In this document: positions 12,248 to 25,182 of the stretch, piece by piece
Numbering within the stretch: position 1 is the stretch's first letter
Layout: each line of letters opens with the position of its first letter
From: Octopus bimaculoides
Lineage: Eukaryota
NCBI RefSeq assembly: GCF_001194135.2
Contig: NC_068983.1
Location: forward strand, 52,970,280-53,034,279
Reading direction: 5' to 3'
DNA: 64,000 nucleotides
Position numbers and translations under genes: made by a program
Notes under the pieces: generated by a model
What the model was told of the DNA's origin: nothing
The model's database searches: none
The model's input: only the letters and a program-made list of their open reading frames with translations

Positions 12248-12337
<90 letters not shown>

Positions 12338-12360
12338 ATACACATACACACATACATACA
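11885..12360. repeat. (CATA/CATG)n and (CA)n microsatellites
   Basis: Directly visible. Confidence 0.9.
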
Positions 12361-12469
12361 CTTATATAGGTGCAGCAGTGTGGTTAAGAGGTTCACTCCC
12401 CAACAATGTAGTTTCAGGTTCAGTCCCATCCTATGGAATCATGTGAAGGTGTCTTTTACTATAGTCCTG

Positions 12470-12960
12470 GTGTTGGATGGTTTGTCAGGAGCTGGCAAGG
12501 CTGGGATCCATCTAAGGTTCCATTGATGCTTTGACATGGTTTTTACAGCTGAATGCTCTTCCTAGTACCAACCCCTTCACAAAGTGAATTGAGTGGTTTT
12601 TACAGGACAGCAACACCAGAGCTTTTCACAACATCAACATGAGTGCGTTTTCCATAGCACCATCATCAACAGAGTCACCAACTACCTTGCAAGACAAAAA
12701 AAGCAAAAAACCCTTAACTAAGAGTATTGAAGGTGGGCGAGGGTCTTTGTGCCAATTGAGAGATAGAAGGACAAAGATGGGTGTTTTGCTGTAGATAAGA
12801 AAGGTGATTGAATTATAGAGGAAGATGAAGAGAGAAATAGTGAGAGAGATGAAGGTGAAGTTGTGCCCAGATATGCCTTCAAGGGACATTGTGAGTGTTG
12901 AGGATAGGTGAGATGATAAGAAGGTTTAGGTTGGGTGAGTGGGCAGGATAGAAGCAACTG
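12470..12960 (-). mobile_element. RTE-tail element with purine-rich extension
   Basis: Diverged copy of the 7440 arrangement. Confidence 0.55.
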
Positions 12961-12984
12961 ACTGTCATTTATATGTATTGTATA

Positions 12985-13765
12985 TTAGCATGAGTGGCTA
13001 TGTGGTAAGAAGCTTGCTGTGGGAGAGAGTGTGTGAATATATATATAGATATGTATGAGTATATATACATATATACATAATGTATATGTCCAGCCCACAT
13101 TGCTTCTATACCTCATTGTAAGGCCTTTATGGCCAATTGAATGAAATAAAGAAGCTTGCTTCCCAACCACATGGTTCCAGGTTCAGTCCCACTGCATGGC
13201 ACCTTGGGCAAGTGTCTTCAACTGAAGCCTTGGGCAAGTGTCTTCAACTGAAGCCTCGGGCCGAGCAAAACCTTGTCAGTGGATTTGCTAGACAGAAACT
13301 GACAGAAGGTGGCGAGCTGGCAGAAACGTTAGCACACCAGGCAAAATGCTTAGCTGTATTTCGTCTGCCATTACATTCTGAGTTCAAATCCTGCCAAGGT
13401 CAACTTTGCCTTTCATCTTTTTGGGGTCGATAAATTACGTACTGGGGTCGATGTAATTGACTTAATTCATTCCTTTTTCTGTCCTTGTTTGTCTCCTCTA
13501 TGTTTATCCCCTGTGAGCAATAAAGAAATAAGAAACTGAAAGAAGCCCGTTGTATGTATATGTGAGTGTGTGTGTGTGTGTGTGTGTGCGTGTGTGTTTG
13601 GCCCCACTACCATAGCTTGACAACCGATGTTGTCGTGATTACATTCAATAGAATAAGTACTAGGCTTACAAAGAATAAATCCTGATGTGGATTCGTTCGA
13701 CTAAAGGCGGTGCTCTAGCATGGCTGCAGTCAAATGACTGAAACGAATAAAAGAATGAAAGAATA
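12985..13765 (+). mobile_element. SINE A pieces with a nested SINE B (about 13310-13470)
   Basis: Family A head and body, ggtggcgagctggcagaaacgttagc family B insert, then family A 3' part. Confidence 0.75.
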
Positions 13766-13782
13766 TATATATATATATATGT

Positions 13783-14170
13783 CATTGTTGGCACTCCTTC
13801 GCTTATGACGTCAAGGGTTCCAGTTGATCCAATCAATGAAACAGCCTGCTCATGAAATTAACGTGCAAGTGGCTGAGCACTCCACAAACACATGTACCCT
13901 TAACATAGTTCTTGGGGATATTCAGCATGACACAGTGTGTGACAAGACTAGCCCTTTGAATTATAGGCACAACAGAAACAGGAAGTAAGAGTGGGAGAAA
14001 GTTATGATGAAAGAGTGTAGCAGGTTTCACCACCGTCCCCTGCCGGAGCCTCGTGGAGCTTTAGGTGTTTTTGCTCAGTAAACATTCACAACGCCCGGTC
14101 TGGGAATCAAAACCGTGATCCTATGACTGCGAGTCAGCTGCCCTGACCACTGGGCGAGTGCGCCTCCACA
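13783..14170 (-). mobile_element. tRNA-headed SINE, family C, full length
   Basis: Reverse complement begins tggaggcgcactcgcccagtggtcagggcagc with B-box-like ggttttgattccc; about 390 bp. Confidence 0.8.
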
Positions 14171-14818
14171 TATATATGTAAATATATATATACATACACG
14201 CAAAATCAAAATTTAGATTATCTTGTCTGAACTACTTTAGCCAAAGGGCATTCATCTTGGTGGAAGCACATTTATTAATAATGCAATCAATTTGGTTATT
14301 GAAAAAAAAAAATGTGGATGATCAAAGTATGGTAGAGTCTAAACACTGAACTCTGATGATGGATGAAATGACACACTGGTTCAAGTACATTGCTGTTACG
14401 TAAATTTTGTCCCTTTGTAACAGACTATATTACTGACAACAACAAACACATCCTATCATACACACATACTCTCTCTCTTTCACTTTCACTTTCAGTTTCT
14501 CTCTATCGCTCTCTAAAACGCACACAAGCATGTAGTCATTCTTCAAATGAAGACTTCATTAAATAAGGATGGTAGCTGATCAAATAAATCCTTGCAAAAG
14601 TACTTGCATTGATATAATCAATTAAAATATTTGATAGTAGGGACCTCTGGCATGACTAGAGTTCAATCATTGAAACCAATAAAAGAATAAATTCTTTGTT
14701 CAATTCTTCAAAAATAAAACTACAGACCGCACACCTTCTGGAAATGTTGTACTTGCCCACATGTTACTCCATGTAGAACATCAACAAACAAGAACTCAAA
14801 CTGCACCACCACACATAC

Positions 14819-14877
14819 AACACCATTCAGGGAGTGCTACCAAATGCTTCAGGCAATGTCCTACTTTCCCGACTGAA
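14819..14877 (-). CDS. Candidate 59-nt exon (SVGKVGHCLKHLVALPEWC) of the minus-strand microexon gene
   Basis: Acceptor gatttctctttag, donor gtatgt; only the phase-2 frame is open, matching the 30-nt exon upstream. Confidence 0.35.
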
Positions 14878-15400
14878 CTAAAGAGAAATCTTGGAATGAA
14901 TCAAATAATTCAATTTGATTTAGAGAAGACATAAATATGTCATGCTTGATTTCCAGAAGAATTTGAATATCTGTGTGTGCATGCATGTATGCATATATGT
15001 ATATATATGTATGTATGTATGTGTCTATACATATAAGTATATATGTGCATATAAATACAAATGTATATCCATATAATGGAAGGTTGTCAGATCGCCAGTA
15101 CCAATGTGACTCATGCATATATGTGTGTGTAATACATGTGTGCATGTATACATACATACATATATATGCATGTGTGTGTGTGTATTCACACATACAGATG
15201 AAGGATGGTTGTCAGGTCAACAGTGACAACGCAACTCAAATGCTTGGACTATCTTTATGTCTCAGTTATCAAGAATGCATATTTATATTTACTGTTTTGA
15301 GTCTTTGTTTCTTCCCAGGCATGTGAATCTGCATGCTCACAAACATACACACTCATCTATTTATATACCCACCTCTCCCTCTATATCTTTCACACACACA

Positions 15401-15453
<53 letters not shown>

Positions 15454-15754
15454 CCAAGAAATAATCCAAGAAATTACCATAGTAATTATAATTAAATTTA
15501 TGCAGTGTCATTTGTCATTTAATTATAATTACTATGGTTATAATATTTTTCTTACATATTTGTATTGTCCTTTGAAACGCCTGTATGTATTGAATCAGCT
15601 ACTTCCCCTTGCTGGTCTAGCATCTACAGACTAGTTTTGGGGTAATGCTCCTTATCAATGTAGAGCAGCCCAACCCAGCAGGCATCGCTACTGACCATCT
15701 GTACGAAGGATTATTTACCTAAATTCAGTGGAATACATCCACTGGTTTTCAAAA

Positions 15755-16552
15755 ATGCGCAAGTGTCTTCTACTATAGCCTCAGGCCAACCAAAGCCTTG
15801 TGAGTGGATTTGGTAGATGGAAACTGAAAGAAGCCTGTTGTGTGTTTGTGTTTTTGTGTCTGTGTTTGTCCCCCGTTTCCACTTGACAATTGGAGCTGGT
15901 GTGTTTATACCCCCATAACCTAGTGGTTCAGCAAAAGAGACCAATAGAATAAATACTAGGCTTAAAAAGAAATAGGTCGTGGGGTCAATTTGTTTGAGTA
16001 AACATCCCACAAGGCAATGCTCCAGCATGGCCACAGTCAAATGACTGAAACAAGTTAAAGAATAATAGAATATATATACACACGCATATATATATATGCA
16101 CATACACATACATATATACACAGGCACAGGAGTGCCTGTGTGGTAAGTGGCTTGCTTACCAACCACATGGTTCTGGGTTCGGTCCCACTGCATGGCTCCT
16201 TGGGCAAGTGTCTTCTGCTATAGCCTCGAGCCGACCAAAGTGGATTTGGTAGACGGAAACTGAAAGAAGCCCGTCGTATATGCATATATATATGTGTGCG
16301 TGTGAGTGTGTGTGTGTGTGCGTGTGTGTGTGTGTGTGTCTGTGTTTGTCCCCCCCCCCCGCCACCATCACTTGACAACCGATGCTGGGGTGTCCACATT
16401 CCTGTAACTTAACTGTTTGGCAAAAGAAACCGATAGCATAAGTACTAAGCTTACAAGGAACAAGTCCTGGGGTTGATTTACCCGACTAAAGGTGGTGCTC
16501 CACTATGGCCAAAGTCAAATGACTGAAACGAATTAAAAAGAATAAAAGAACA
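15755..16552 (+). mobile_element. Two tandem SINE A copies (about 15755-16066 partial; 16125-16552 full)
   Basis: Family A consensus motifs occur twice. Confidence 0.85.
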
Positions 16553-16661
16553 TGTGTATATATACATATATATATAAACACACACACACACATGTATATA
16601 TATATATATATATATATATAACCCCTCTGTGTTGGCCCCTTGTGGGTAACAAAAAAAAAAT

Positions 16662-16713
<52 letters not shown>

Positions 16714-17035
16714 CATAATCATACACATACACACACATATATATAAGCATAAACATGTATCATTGTACATTGGTGCACGCATGCACATATCCAGACCCCA
16801 AACCTACCAACGTGCATACATAAATACACATGCATACATGAAATACATGTATCCACACGCACACACATTATTTGTCATGTAATTTGAACTTAGATTATAT
16901 GCTATAGTTATCTCAGACACTTCAAACGCATTTAATTATATTCATTTGCTGTATTTTTATCATTATTTATACTACATATATTTACTTGCTTTGTGATAAC
17001 AGCAAAAGTCATTATCACCATGTCATTTGACTTAC

Positions 17036-17065
17036 ATCTCGATCAATTGCACATACTCTATTTCA
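17036..17065 (-). CDS. Candidate 30-nt microexon (EIEYVQLIE)
   Basis: Acceptor tgtgtttgtatgtttcag, donor gtaagt; single open frame (phase 2 to 2). Confidence 0.55.
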
Positions 17066-17204
17066 CTGAAACATACAAACACATACATATTTTCACATAT
17101 ACACATTTGCAGACAGTTTAGTAAGCAAGATGCAAAGATCAAGTGGCCCAGTGTTCAAACAGAACTCAATGTGTGGTGAACAATATGATGAACCACTTAC
17201 TCAC

Positions 17205-17250
17205 CAGTGGAGTGTAAGTGGGGTGGTCTCTTCATAGGTTATCTTTGTTG
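17205..17250 (-). CDS. Candidate 46-nt exon (TKITYEETTPLTLH)
   Basis: Acceptor tctttatatctgcag, donor gtgagt; single open frame (phase 1 to 2). Confidence 0.55.
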
Positions 17251-17272
17251 CTGCAGATATAAAGATCTTTGA

Positions 17273-17307
<35 letters not shown>

Positions 17308-17349
17308 TTGAAGTGTACAGTATTATATATCCATTACAGCCAATCTTAC

Positions 17350-17363
17350 CAATTGGTTTCACA
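17350..17363 (-). CDS. Candidate 14-nt microexon (VKPI)
   Basis: Branch-like cttaac, acceptor ...aacccctag, donor gtaaga; phase 2 to 1. Confidence 0.45.
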
Positions 17364-17417
17364 CTAGGGGTTCAATGAAGTGTTAAGTAACAGTCTGATT
17401 ATGTAACCCTACGGCCT

Positions 17418-17950
17418 TCAGAGGCAACTGTTCAGAAAAATTAGATGTAGTATGCAAGAGAGAAGGTTGTGCTGGTTTGATAATGTGATACAGATGGATG
17501 AGGATAGGTGCATAAAGTGCTGATCACTTAAAGCAGAGGGAGACCTAGGAATATGGGACAAAGTATTGAAAGCCGATCTCACAGTGTTGAGCTTTACAAA
17601 GAAGATCACAAAGGATTGAGATATATGGCACCTTGCTGTGCTCCAGAAGACTTGTCTACCATGAAGTTTATTTGCTAAAAACAAGGTGTCACATTCAAAG
17701 CACTGATGCAGATGTCATGCAAAAAGGACTGGTGATGGTGCCATGTAAAATGCATTGGTGATTGTGTCACATAAAGGGCATTCAGCACACTCTGTAAAGT
17801 GGTTGGAATTAGGAAGGGCATCCAGCTGTAGAAACCAAGCCAAAACAGATTAGGGAACCTTATGTGGCCCTTGGACTTGCCAGTTCCTGTCAAGCTGTCT
17901 GACCTATTCCGGCATAGAAAACAGAAGTTTTAATAATGATGGTGATGATA
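17418..17950 (+). mobile_element. RTE 3' ORF fragment plus tail
   Basis: caagagagaaggttgtgctggttt...cagatggatgaggatagg; ttaggaagggcatccagctgtagaaacc. Confidence 0.7.
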
Positions 17951-17960
17951 AATATATATA

Positions 17961-19099
17961 CAGCGGTTGGACATAATAATGGAAGCACCTTAAAATTTCA
18001 AACAAATTTATCTTAATATGGGGTAGAACCGCCTTTGGTAGTAATTACAGCTTCAATTCTATGAGGTATGGACTCGTACAAAGTTTGAATTGTTTCCAAA
18101 GGAATTTTTATTCATTCTTCAGCTAAAACAGTATCCAGTTCTTGTAGTGATAATGGTGGAGGATATCGACTCTTTACTTGTTTTTCTAAGATGCACCATA
18201 AATGTTCAATAATATTGAGATCTAGGGACTGCGTTAGCCAGGTAAGATGTTCAACTTCATTTGAATGTTCCTCGTGTCATTCAGTAACAAATTTAGCTGT
18301 GTGAATTGGTGCATTATCATCCTGAAAGATTGCATTTCCCTCCAGAAACAGTTCCACAACCTCAGGATGAATTTGATCAGATAAAATGCTTAAATAGTCT
18401 TGACTATTAATTCTGCCATCAAGGGAAACCATTGGGCCAGCAGATTTCCAAGATATGGCCCCCCACCACCAGATCATCACAGATCCTCCTCCATATTTAA
18501 CAGTTGGAAGAAGGTAGTCTGGGTCAAATGCTTCTTTTGGCTGTCTCCACATGCATACTCGGCCAGTGGTCGGAAATATGGTAAAGGATGACTTGTCCAA
18601 GAAAATAACATTCTTCCACTACTCTGGGGACCAATTCCGTAGGTTTTTACCACACTCTAAATGCTTTGCAACGTTTGTTTTTGAAAGTAGAGGTTTTCTG
18701 ATTGCAGCCCTCCCATGAAATCTAGCTTTGTGCAGCTCCCAGCAAACAGTTTTTGTGGAAACTGGGTTCTCGAGGTGGTCATCAAGCTCTGCAGTAATTT
18801 TGGGAGCTGTACTTTTGTGATCCTTCCTAACAATCCGTGTAAGAGTCTGATGGTCCCTATCTGAAAGTTTTGGTTTTCTTCCGGAGTTTTGTTTCGATGA
18901 AGAGTTTTTTCCTTCTTTCTCAAAGTTGTCATTACTTTTGAGACAGTACTTCTTGATACACCAAACAATTTGGCTGTTGTCATTACACTAGCACCTGCCA
19001 ATCAAGCACCAACAATCTAACCTCTTTGAAAGTCTGATAGATCTGTCATTTTAATGAATTTTAATTCCCCTTTTCTGATAATATCTGAAAAGAAACAGC
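17961..19099 (-). mobile_element. Tc1-family DNA transposon with disrupted DDE transposase (CDS about 18013-19049)
   Basis: TA-flanked end CAGCGGTTGGACATAATAATGG; protein MTDLSDFQRG..LFGVSRSTVSKV..IFLDKSSF..GGGSVMIW..FQDDNAPIH..DLNIIEHLW with frameshifts; the other end lies in the gap. Confidence 0.92.
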
Positions 19100-19337
19100 N
19101 NNNNNNNNNNNNNNNNNNNNNNNNNNNNNNNNNNNNNNNNNNNNNNNNNNNNNNNNNNNNNNNNNNNNNNNNNNNNNNNNNNNNNNNNNNNNNNNNNNNN
19201 NNNNNNNNNNNNNNNNNNNNNNNNNNNNNNNNNNNNNNNNNNNNNNNNNNNNNNNNNNNNNNNNNNNNNNNNNNNNNNNNNNNNNNNNNNNNNNNNNNNN
19301 NNNNNNNNNNNNNNNNNNNNNNNNNNNNNNNTATATA

Positions 19338-19374
<37 letters not shown>

Positions 19375-19499
19375 GAGAAAGAATGATGGGTTTTTTTTTC
19401 CCTTATGAGGTTTTTTTACGCTAACTACTTGATAGATTCTTATAAAGTTTTTATCCTAATATTATATATATATATATCATTAGATATTTGAATGGTATA

Positions 19500-20480
19500 C
19501 ACCTGGTAGCTTACTGGTAAAGCAGCACGTTCACTTTCAAAGTGTTCATTGGGTATTTGATTAATGAAACAGACAGAAGATGGAAAATATGAGAATGTTT
19601 GCATTGGGGGAAATGGCTCATTCGTTCAAGAATTGTTATCACAATCATATCACCAACTCCAGGAAGATCAGCAAGAGACATTCGACATCTTTGGTTGATT
19701 TTGTGTGGCGACTTAAGGAGGAAAAACTGAAATATGATATAACTTGGTCCATAATAAGGCATGCACAACCATATATCCTTTCTAGGAGATGCAGATTCTG
19801 CTCCGAGGAATCTTTGTCTATTTTGTGGATCAATGAAAAAGACATTAAAAGGATTTCTGGAAGACAGTCTAAATGTTTACATGCTTATAAATGCACTTTC
19901 ATACAATGCAGTGAGAATGAATTTGAGTAATCGTTAACCAAATTAATAACCATAATTTACCTAATGGTATGGATGAATTAACTGCAACCTCCCCATTCTT
20001 ATAAACACAAAGTATTTTTTTAATTCTCCGTTTGAACAAATGTGCACCAAACCACACATGTACATATGTTTATATCTGTATAAGTTTGTATGAGCAAGTG
20101 TACATGCACCATACAACTTAAGTGAGGGTGTTTATATATCCATATCTGCTAATGGTTGCACTTAATACTTTTTTACTGTATTATGTATTTTTAGTTCTTT
20201 TTACATCTGATTTTTATTGATCTTCTATAATAATGAACCTGTATCTTTAATTTTCTATTTTTGTATACACATACTGAGAAGAAAACTTGTGGAACAGATG
20301 TTATTTTAACAAGATTTATCTTGTAATCACCTGAAGAGACAGATCTACACTGACGGATACTCCTAAACCAATTTTTCAGGACCCCATTCATGAAGGATTA
20401 TGTTAGATGGATCGAAACAGTTTTAGTGATCAATAAACATTCTCATATCTCCCATCTTCCATCTCTCTCATTAATCAAAT
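19500..20480 (+). mobile_element. Penelope-like element remnant (GIY-YIG C-terminus plus 3' region)
   Basis: SFKNCYHNH...HSTSLVDFVWRLKE...ITWSIIRHAQPY...RCRFCSEE matches the C-terminal pattern of Penelope endonucleases; decayed hammerhead-like motifs at 20331-20430. Confidence 0.7.
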
Positions 20481-20579
20481 ATATATATAAGTATATATAT
20501 GCATATATACGTATCATTATCATTCATCATTTAAAGTCCACTTTCCATGGCATTGGTGGGGCAGCTATATATATATATA

Positions 20580-20763
20580 TATCATCATCATCATTTAACG
20601 TCCACATTCTATGCTGGCATGGGTTGAACGACTTGACTGAGGACTGGTGAACCAGATGGCTGCACCTGGCTCCAATCTGTTCTGGCAGAGTTTCTACAGC
20701 TAGATGCCCTTTCTAACGCCAACCACTTCGAGAGTGTAGTAGGTGCTTTTACATGCCACTGGT

Positions 20764-20765
<2 letters not shown>
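20580..20765 (-). mobile_element. RTE-tail element
   Basis: (ATC)n then reverse complement of the tail consensus. Confidence 0.8.
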
Positions 20766-20802
<37 letters not shown>

Positions 20803-21527
20803 AAATAGTAAATGAGTATATGCATATATACGTACAGGTATGTGCGTACCGACATCCACCTGTATGTATAGGTGCATATCTGGGTACAGGACATTGCAAA
20901 CAAAACGTAGACGAGAAAACACACAAGCCACATAGAGAACATTCTACTTCATCAGCTACCCCCGTTTTAACACCGNNNNNNNNNNNNNNNNNNNNNNNNN
21001 NNNNNNNNNNNNNNNNNNNNNNNNNNNNNNNNNNNNNNNNNNNNNNNNNNNNNNNNNNNNNNNNNNNNNNNNNNNNNNNNNNNNNNNNNNNNNNNNNNNN
21101 NNNNNNNNNNNNNNNNNNNNNNNNNNNNNNNNNNNNNNNNNNNNNNNNNNNNNNNNNGGGACAAAGTAGTTACGCGTGTTTGCTCGGCGATAGCCAAGGA
21201 AGAAAAGGATTATAGACCGGAAGCATGTGACCATGCCGGTGTAAGGGGAAGAGAGAGAGTGGTAGAGGGAGAAACAAAGGTAGGAAGTAGAAGAATAGGT
21301 GAGCAACGAGAGGAAAAGAGAAAGAGAGGAAGTACGGGGGCGGGGGAGGAAAAGAGATATGTAGAAGTAACAGAGGAAGAACGAGAGGGGTAAAGCGAGA
21401 TACGTAGTAGTAAGGAGGAAGAACGAGAGGGGGAAAAAATGATAGGGGAAGAGAAAGAGATAGAGTAGCGTCGGAAAATATAAGTTTACGAAAAACTACT
21501 TACGAATTGGAGACGCTGCGTTCAGTC

Positions 21528-21562
<35 letters not shown>

Positions 21563-21566
21563 TATT

Positions 21567-21870
21567 AATAATAATAAGTATGGAGACTTGTACATCCACA
21601 GAATTTATCTTATAGTTATATACAGCATATTACAATGACCTACACATTTCTGCTGCGGTGACTACTCACTGTTGCAGATACAGCCTTAAAATATTGTCAG
21701 TGCAGTTTCATCAAGGTCTGTCTTCTTCACCAACAATACTGCATGGTTGCATTTGCAACAGTGAGTACTCACTGCAGCACAAACACATGTAGGTCATTGT
21801 AATATATGTTGTATATATCTATAAAATAAATTCTGTGGATGTTACAAGGCTCCATGCTCATTATTATTAT
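21567..21870. mobile_element. Fold-back element with about 95-bp arms and inverted (AAT)n ends
   Basis: 21580-21676 is the diverged reverse complement of 21754-21855. Confidence 0.8.
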
Positions 21871-23089
21871 TATTATTATTGATACTGAAATATACTCCTG
21901 GAACACACAGAATTACTCAACGGAAGAATTCATGGTGTGACTAACAAATAATTGTGGATGCAAACATTGGATACTGACCATTGTGGTTAGCTGGCATCTG
22001 GAACCCCAACTGAGAGCTAACACATATCCGCCCAGATAATATATCCCTCCAAACTCACTTTTATGTATATGTATGTATGTAATATATATATACATATATA
22101 TATATACATAGATAGATAGATAAATATATATATATGTATGTATGTATAAATATATGTATGTATGTCTATATATAATGTATGTATATATATTTACACACAT
22201 ACATATATATTTGTATATATACACATACATTCATACACACACTCACACACATATATATATAATACATATGTGTGTATACATACACATATGTGAAGACATG
22301 CTTACATACATGTATGGAAATATATGAGAATGTGTATGCACACACACACGCACACTCACACATACATATATGCACACACACACTACTCATATATCTATTC
22401 ATTTGTTTGTAAATAGCTATGTGAGCGTATCATATTATTGTTAGACTATTGATTTTCAAAGATATCTTTAATGCTTTAACATCCATCTACTCCCACATAG
22501 TATTGTTGTTGTTGTTGTTTTATATTATCACTTTTATACTAGTGCTATATACTAAACGAAGACAGCCCAAAACTGATTGATCGTAATCAGATTTTTTTTT
22601 TACTGATTTATTTTATTTATTTATGAGTTTTTTTGTTTTTTTTTTCATACTTCAGCAAAAGTCTGGCAGGAAATTAGAGTTGCTGTTTAAATTATATATC
22701 GAATACAGCTCACGCATGCACACAAACACAAGCTTATATAGTAGTTGTAGTATTGATAGATTTTCTCTTTTTACAATATTTAATTATTAGTTTTAATATG
22801 AATTCAATGAAAAAAATACAACGAAAACAACAAAAAAAATGAAGATATTTTAATTTTATTATTAGCACTATTGTGTTACCAGCGATTGGAGTCTTCGGAT
22901 TTTTGTTTGTGCCAGATTTCCAAGCTATAATTTCTATTAGTTCCCCATAGGTTTTTCATTTTACAGCAATAAGCGAAGCCTCATCAGAATGGAAATAAAA
23001 TTATTTTATTTTCTCTCTGCTAGGATTTTAAAGAACATATTGTACCCAGGACACGTTAATTGTGTCAACAAAGAAAAGAATATAACATA

Positions 23090-23255
23090 TAGGTGTAAGT
23101 AGGGCTGTGTGGTAAGAAGTTTGCATTTCAACCACACGGTTCTGGGTTCAGTCCCACCTTGTGGCACCTTGGACAAGTGTTTTGTGTTATAGCCTGGAAC
23201 CAACCAAAGCTTTGTGAGTGGATTAGGTGGACAGAAACTGAATGAAGCCCATCAT
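23090..23255 (+). mobile_element. SINE A, 5' portion
   Basis: gggctgtgtggtaag...gggttcagtccc...ggcaccttggacaagtg. Confidence 0.75.
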
Positions 23256-23359
23256 CTATATATATATATAGTTTATATTCATTTAAAAGAAGAAGGAAAT
23301 GGAGATTGAGAAGTTAATAATTGTTTATTATTAGCAGCAAATTGGTCATCTTCACTTAC

Positions 23360-23367
23360 AGCCATTT
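23360..23367 (-). CDS. Candidate 8-nt microexon (aaatggct)
   Basis: ttgacag|aaatggct|gtaagt; phase 0 to 2 bridges the 25183 and 17363 exons; weak pyrimidine tract. Confidence 0.25.
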
Positions 23368-23607
23368 CTGTCAATACTCAATAAACATCAAATTTACAAT
23401 TATGCGACATGAGCATAATATCATCAGAGGGAAAAAGATGTACATTTGGATGATATATGTGTTTGTGAATTCATTTTAGCAGAACTATTTTAAGGAAATT
23501 CATTCCCCAAAAATATTAGGCACTGAACCATTATTTCCTTGGATACCATACCTTCATGAGGTTAACATAACCCCTAATTAAATTTTACATATATACATAC
23601 ATACATA

Positions 23608-24150
23608 TATATCATCATCATCATTGTTCAACATCCGCTTTCCATGCTAGCATGGGTTGGGCAATTTGACTGAGGACTGGTGAACTGGATGGCTGCACCA
23701 GGCTCCAATCTGATCTGGCAGAATTTCTACAGCTGGATGCCCTTCCTAATGCCAACTACTCTGAGAGTGTAGTGGGTGCTTTTACGTGCCACCAGCATGA
23801 GGGCTACTCAGGCAGTACTGGCAACGGCCACGCTCAAAATGGTGTTTTTTACATGCCACCTGCACAAGAGCCAGTCCAGCAGCACTGGCAATGACCTCGA
23901 TCGAATGTTTTCTAACGTGCCAGTAAGGCAACGCTGGTAATGATCATGCTCAAATGCTGCTATTTACGTGCCACAGAAGCCAGACAGTTGCTCTGGCAAT
24001 GATCGCACTCGGACGGTGCTGTTGGTGCTCTACTGGCACAGGTTCTAGTCATCGAATATGGCTCAATTACAATTTCGATTTCACTTGCTCCAACAGGTCT
24101 TCGCAAGCAGAGTTTAGTGCCCAATGAAGGAGAAGTTGGCATCGGTATGC
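23608..24150 (-). mobile_element. RTE-tail element (long form, like 5490-6140)
   Basis: Reverse-complement match including gcaagtgaaatcgaaattgtaattgag. Confidence 0.8.
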
Positions 24151-25182
24151 AAATGTATTTGTCTATGTGTATCTTTGTACTTGTGTCTGTCATCACCATT
24201 TGACAATTGGTGTTAGTCTGTTTACATCCCAGTAGCTTAGTGGTTCAGCATAAGAAAACAATAAAACAAGTACCAAATGTAAAAAAGTAAGTACAGGGGT
24301 CAATTTGTTCAACTAAAATTCTTCAAAGTGATGCCTTAGCATGGCAACAAGAAGGGCATCCAGCCGTAGAAAATTTGCCTCAATGAATTCATCCGATCCA
24401 TGCAAGCATAGAAAAATGGATTTTAAATGATGATGATGATACATCTCAGCAATTCTCAAAATATACATATCTATATTTATCAAAAAGCAAAGTAAAATAA
24501 CAAAAATATAATGGGTGTTTTTATTTACAACTTAAATTAGTAGAGAAGCGCTATGACTCTTTAGTGGGCCTCAAAGATTAATGGGGGTGGGGTAGGTATT
24601 TTGAAATTGGAATTCTCGCCTGAATGCTTCCAGAAGAATAGGGTCCACTTAAATTGCCCAAAATCCCAGGGGTTAAACTCAGTGATGGATGAAGTCTACT
24701 AGGCAAGTAGGTCAAAGTGGGATTTGAACTCAGAATGCAAAGAGCTGGAACAAAGATGTAAGGCATCAGGTCTGACTGCCTCACAGCTCATTTTTATTGA
24801 CCCACAAAGGATGTAAAGCAAAGTTGACCTTGGCAGGATTTGAACTCATGGCTCTGAGTATTGGAACAAATACAAGTTTATTTATTCATTTTTTTTTATC
24901 TTACACTCTAAATGACTTTACTAATTTGTAATACATGACTTTACTGCAAACAAAACTATAGGAATAATTTCCAAAGAAAAGTAAAAAAAAATCACATTGA
25001 AATTATATTAATAACAGGGCTTCAGGGAATTACAGGCATGCAGACACAGTCAGGATGCTTTCTGTGTCCCTTCCTGCTAGCCATAGTTTAGGGGTCTCCA
25101 CTGCAGCTGTCCATGTCATGTCTTACTGCCTTTACAATGTTCGCAGAGCATTGAACAGCAGTCAGTGTCAGCATTTTGATAC

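Noticed and set aside
11762-12446. Long HTYI/MYVC ORFs (also at 31749-32332, 35455-36018 and elsewhere)
   Set aside because: Microsatellite translations with no coding signal
17036-17250. Similarity of TKITY...EIEYV to IPP isomerase TRIHY...EIDYI
   Set aside because: The catalytic W/E context is missing and the spacing differs; probably chance
22960-22990. CTGATGA on the minus strand (also at 14352, 23425, 28240, 53197) as hammerhead cores
   Set aside because: No proper helix II plus GAAA plus helix I combination
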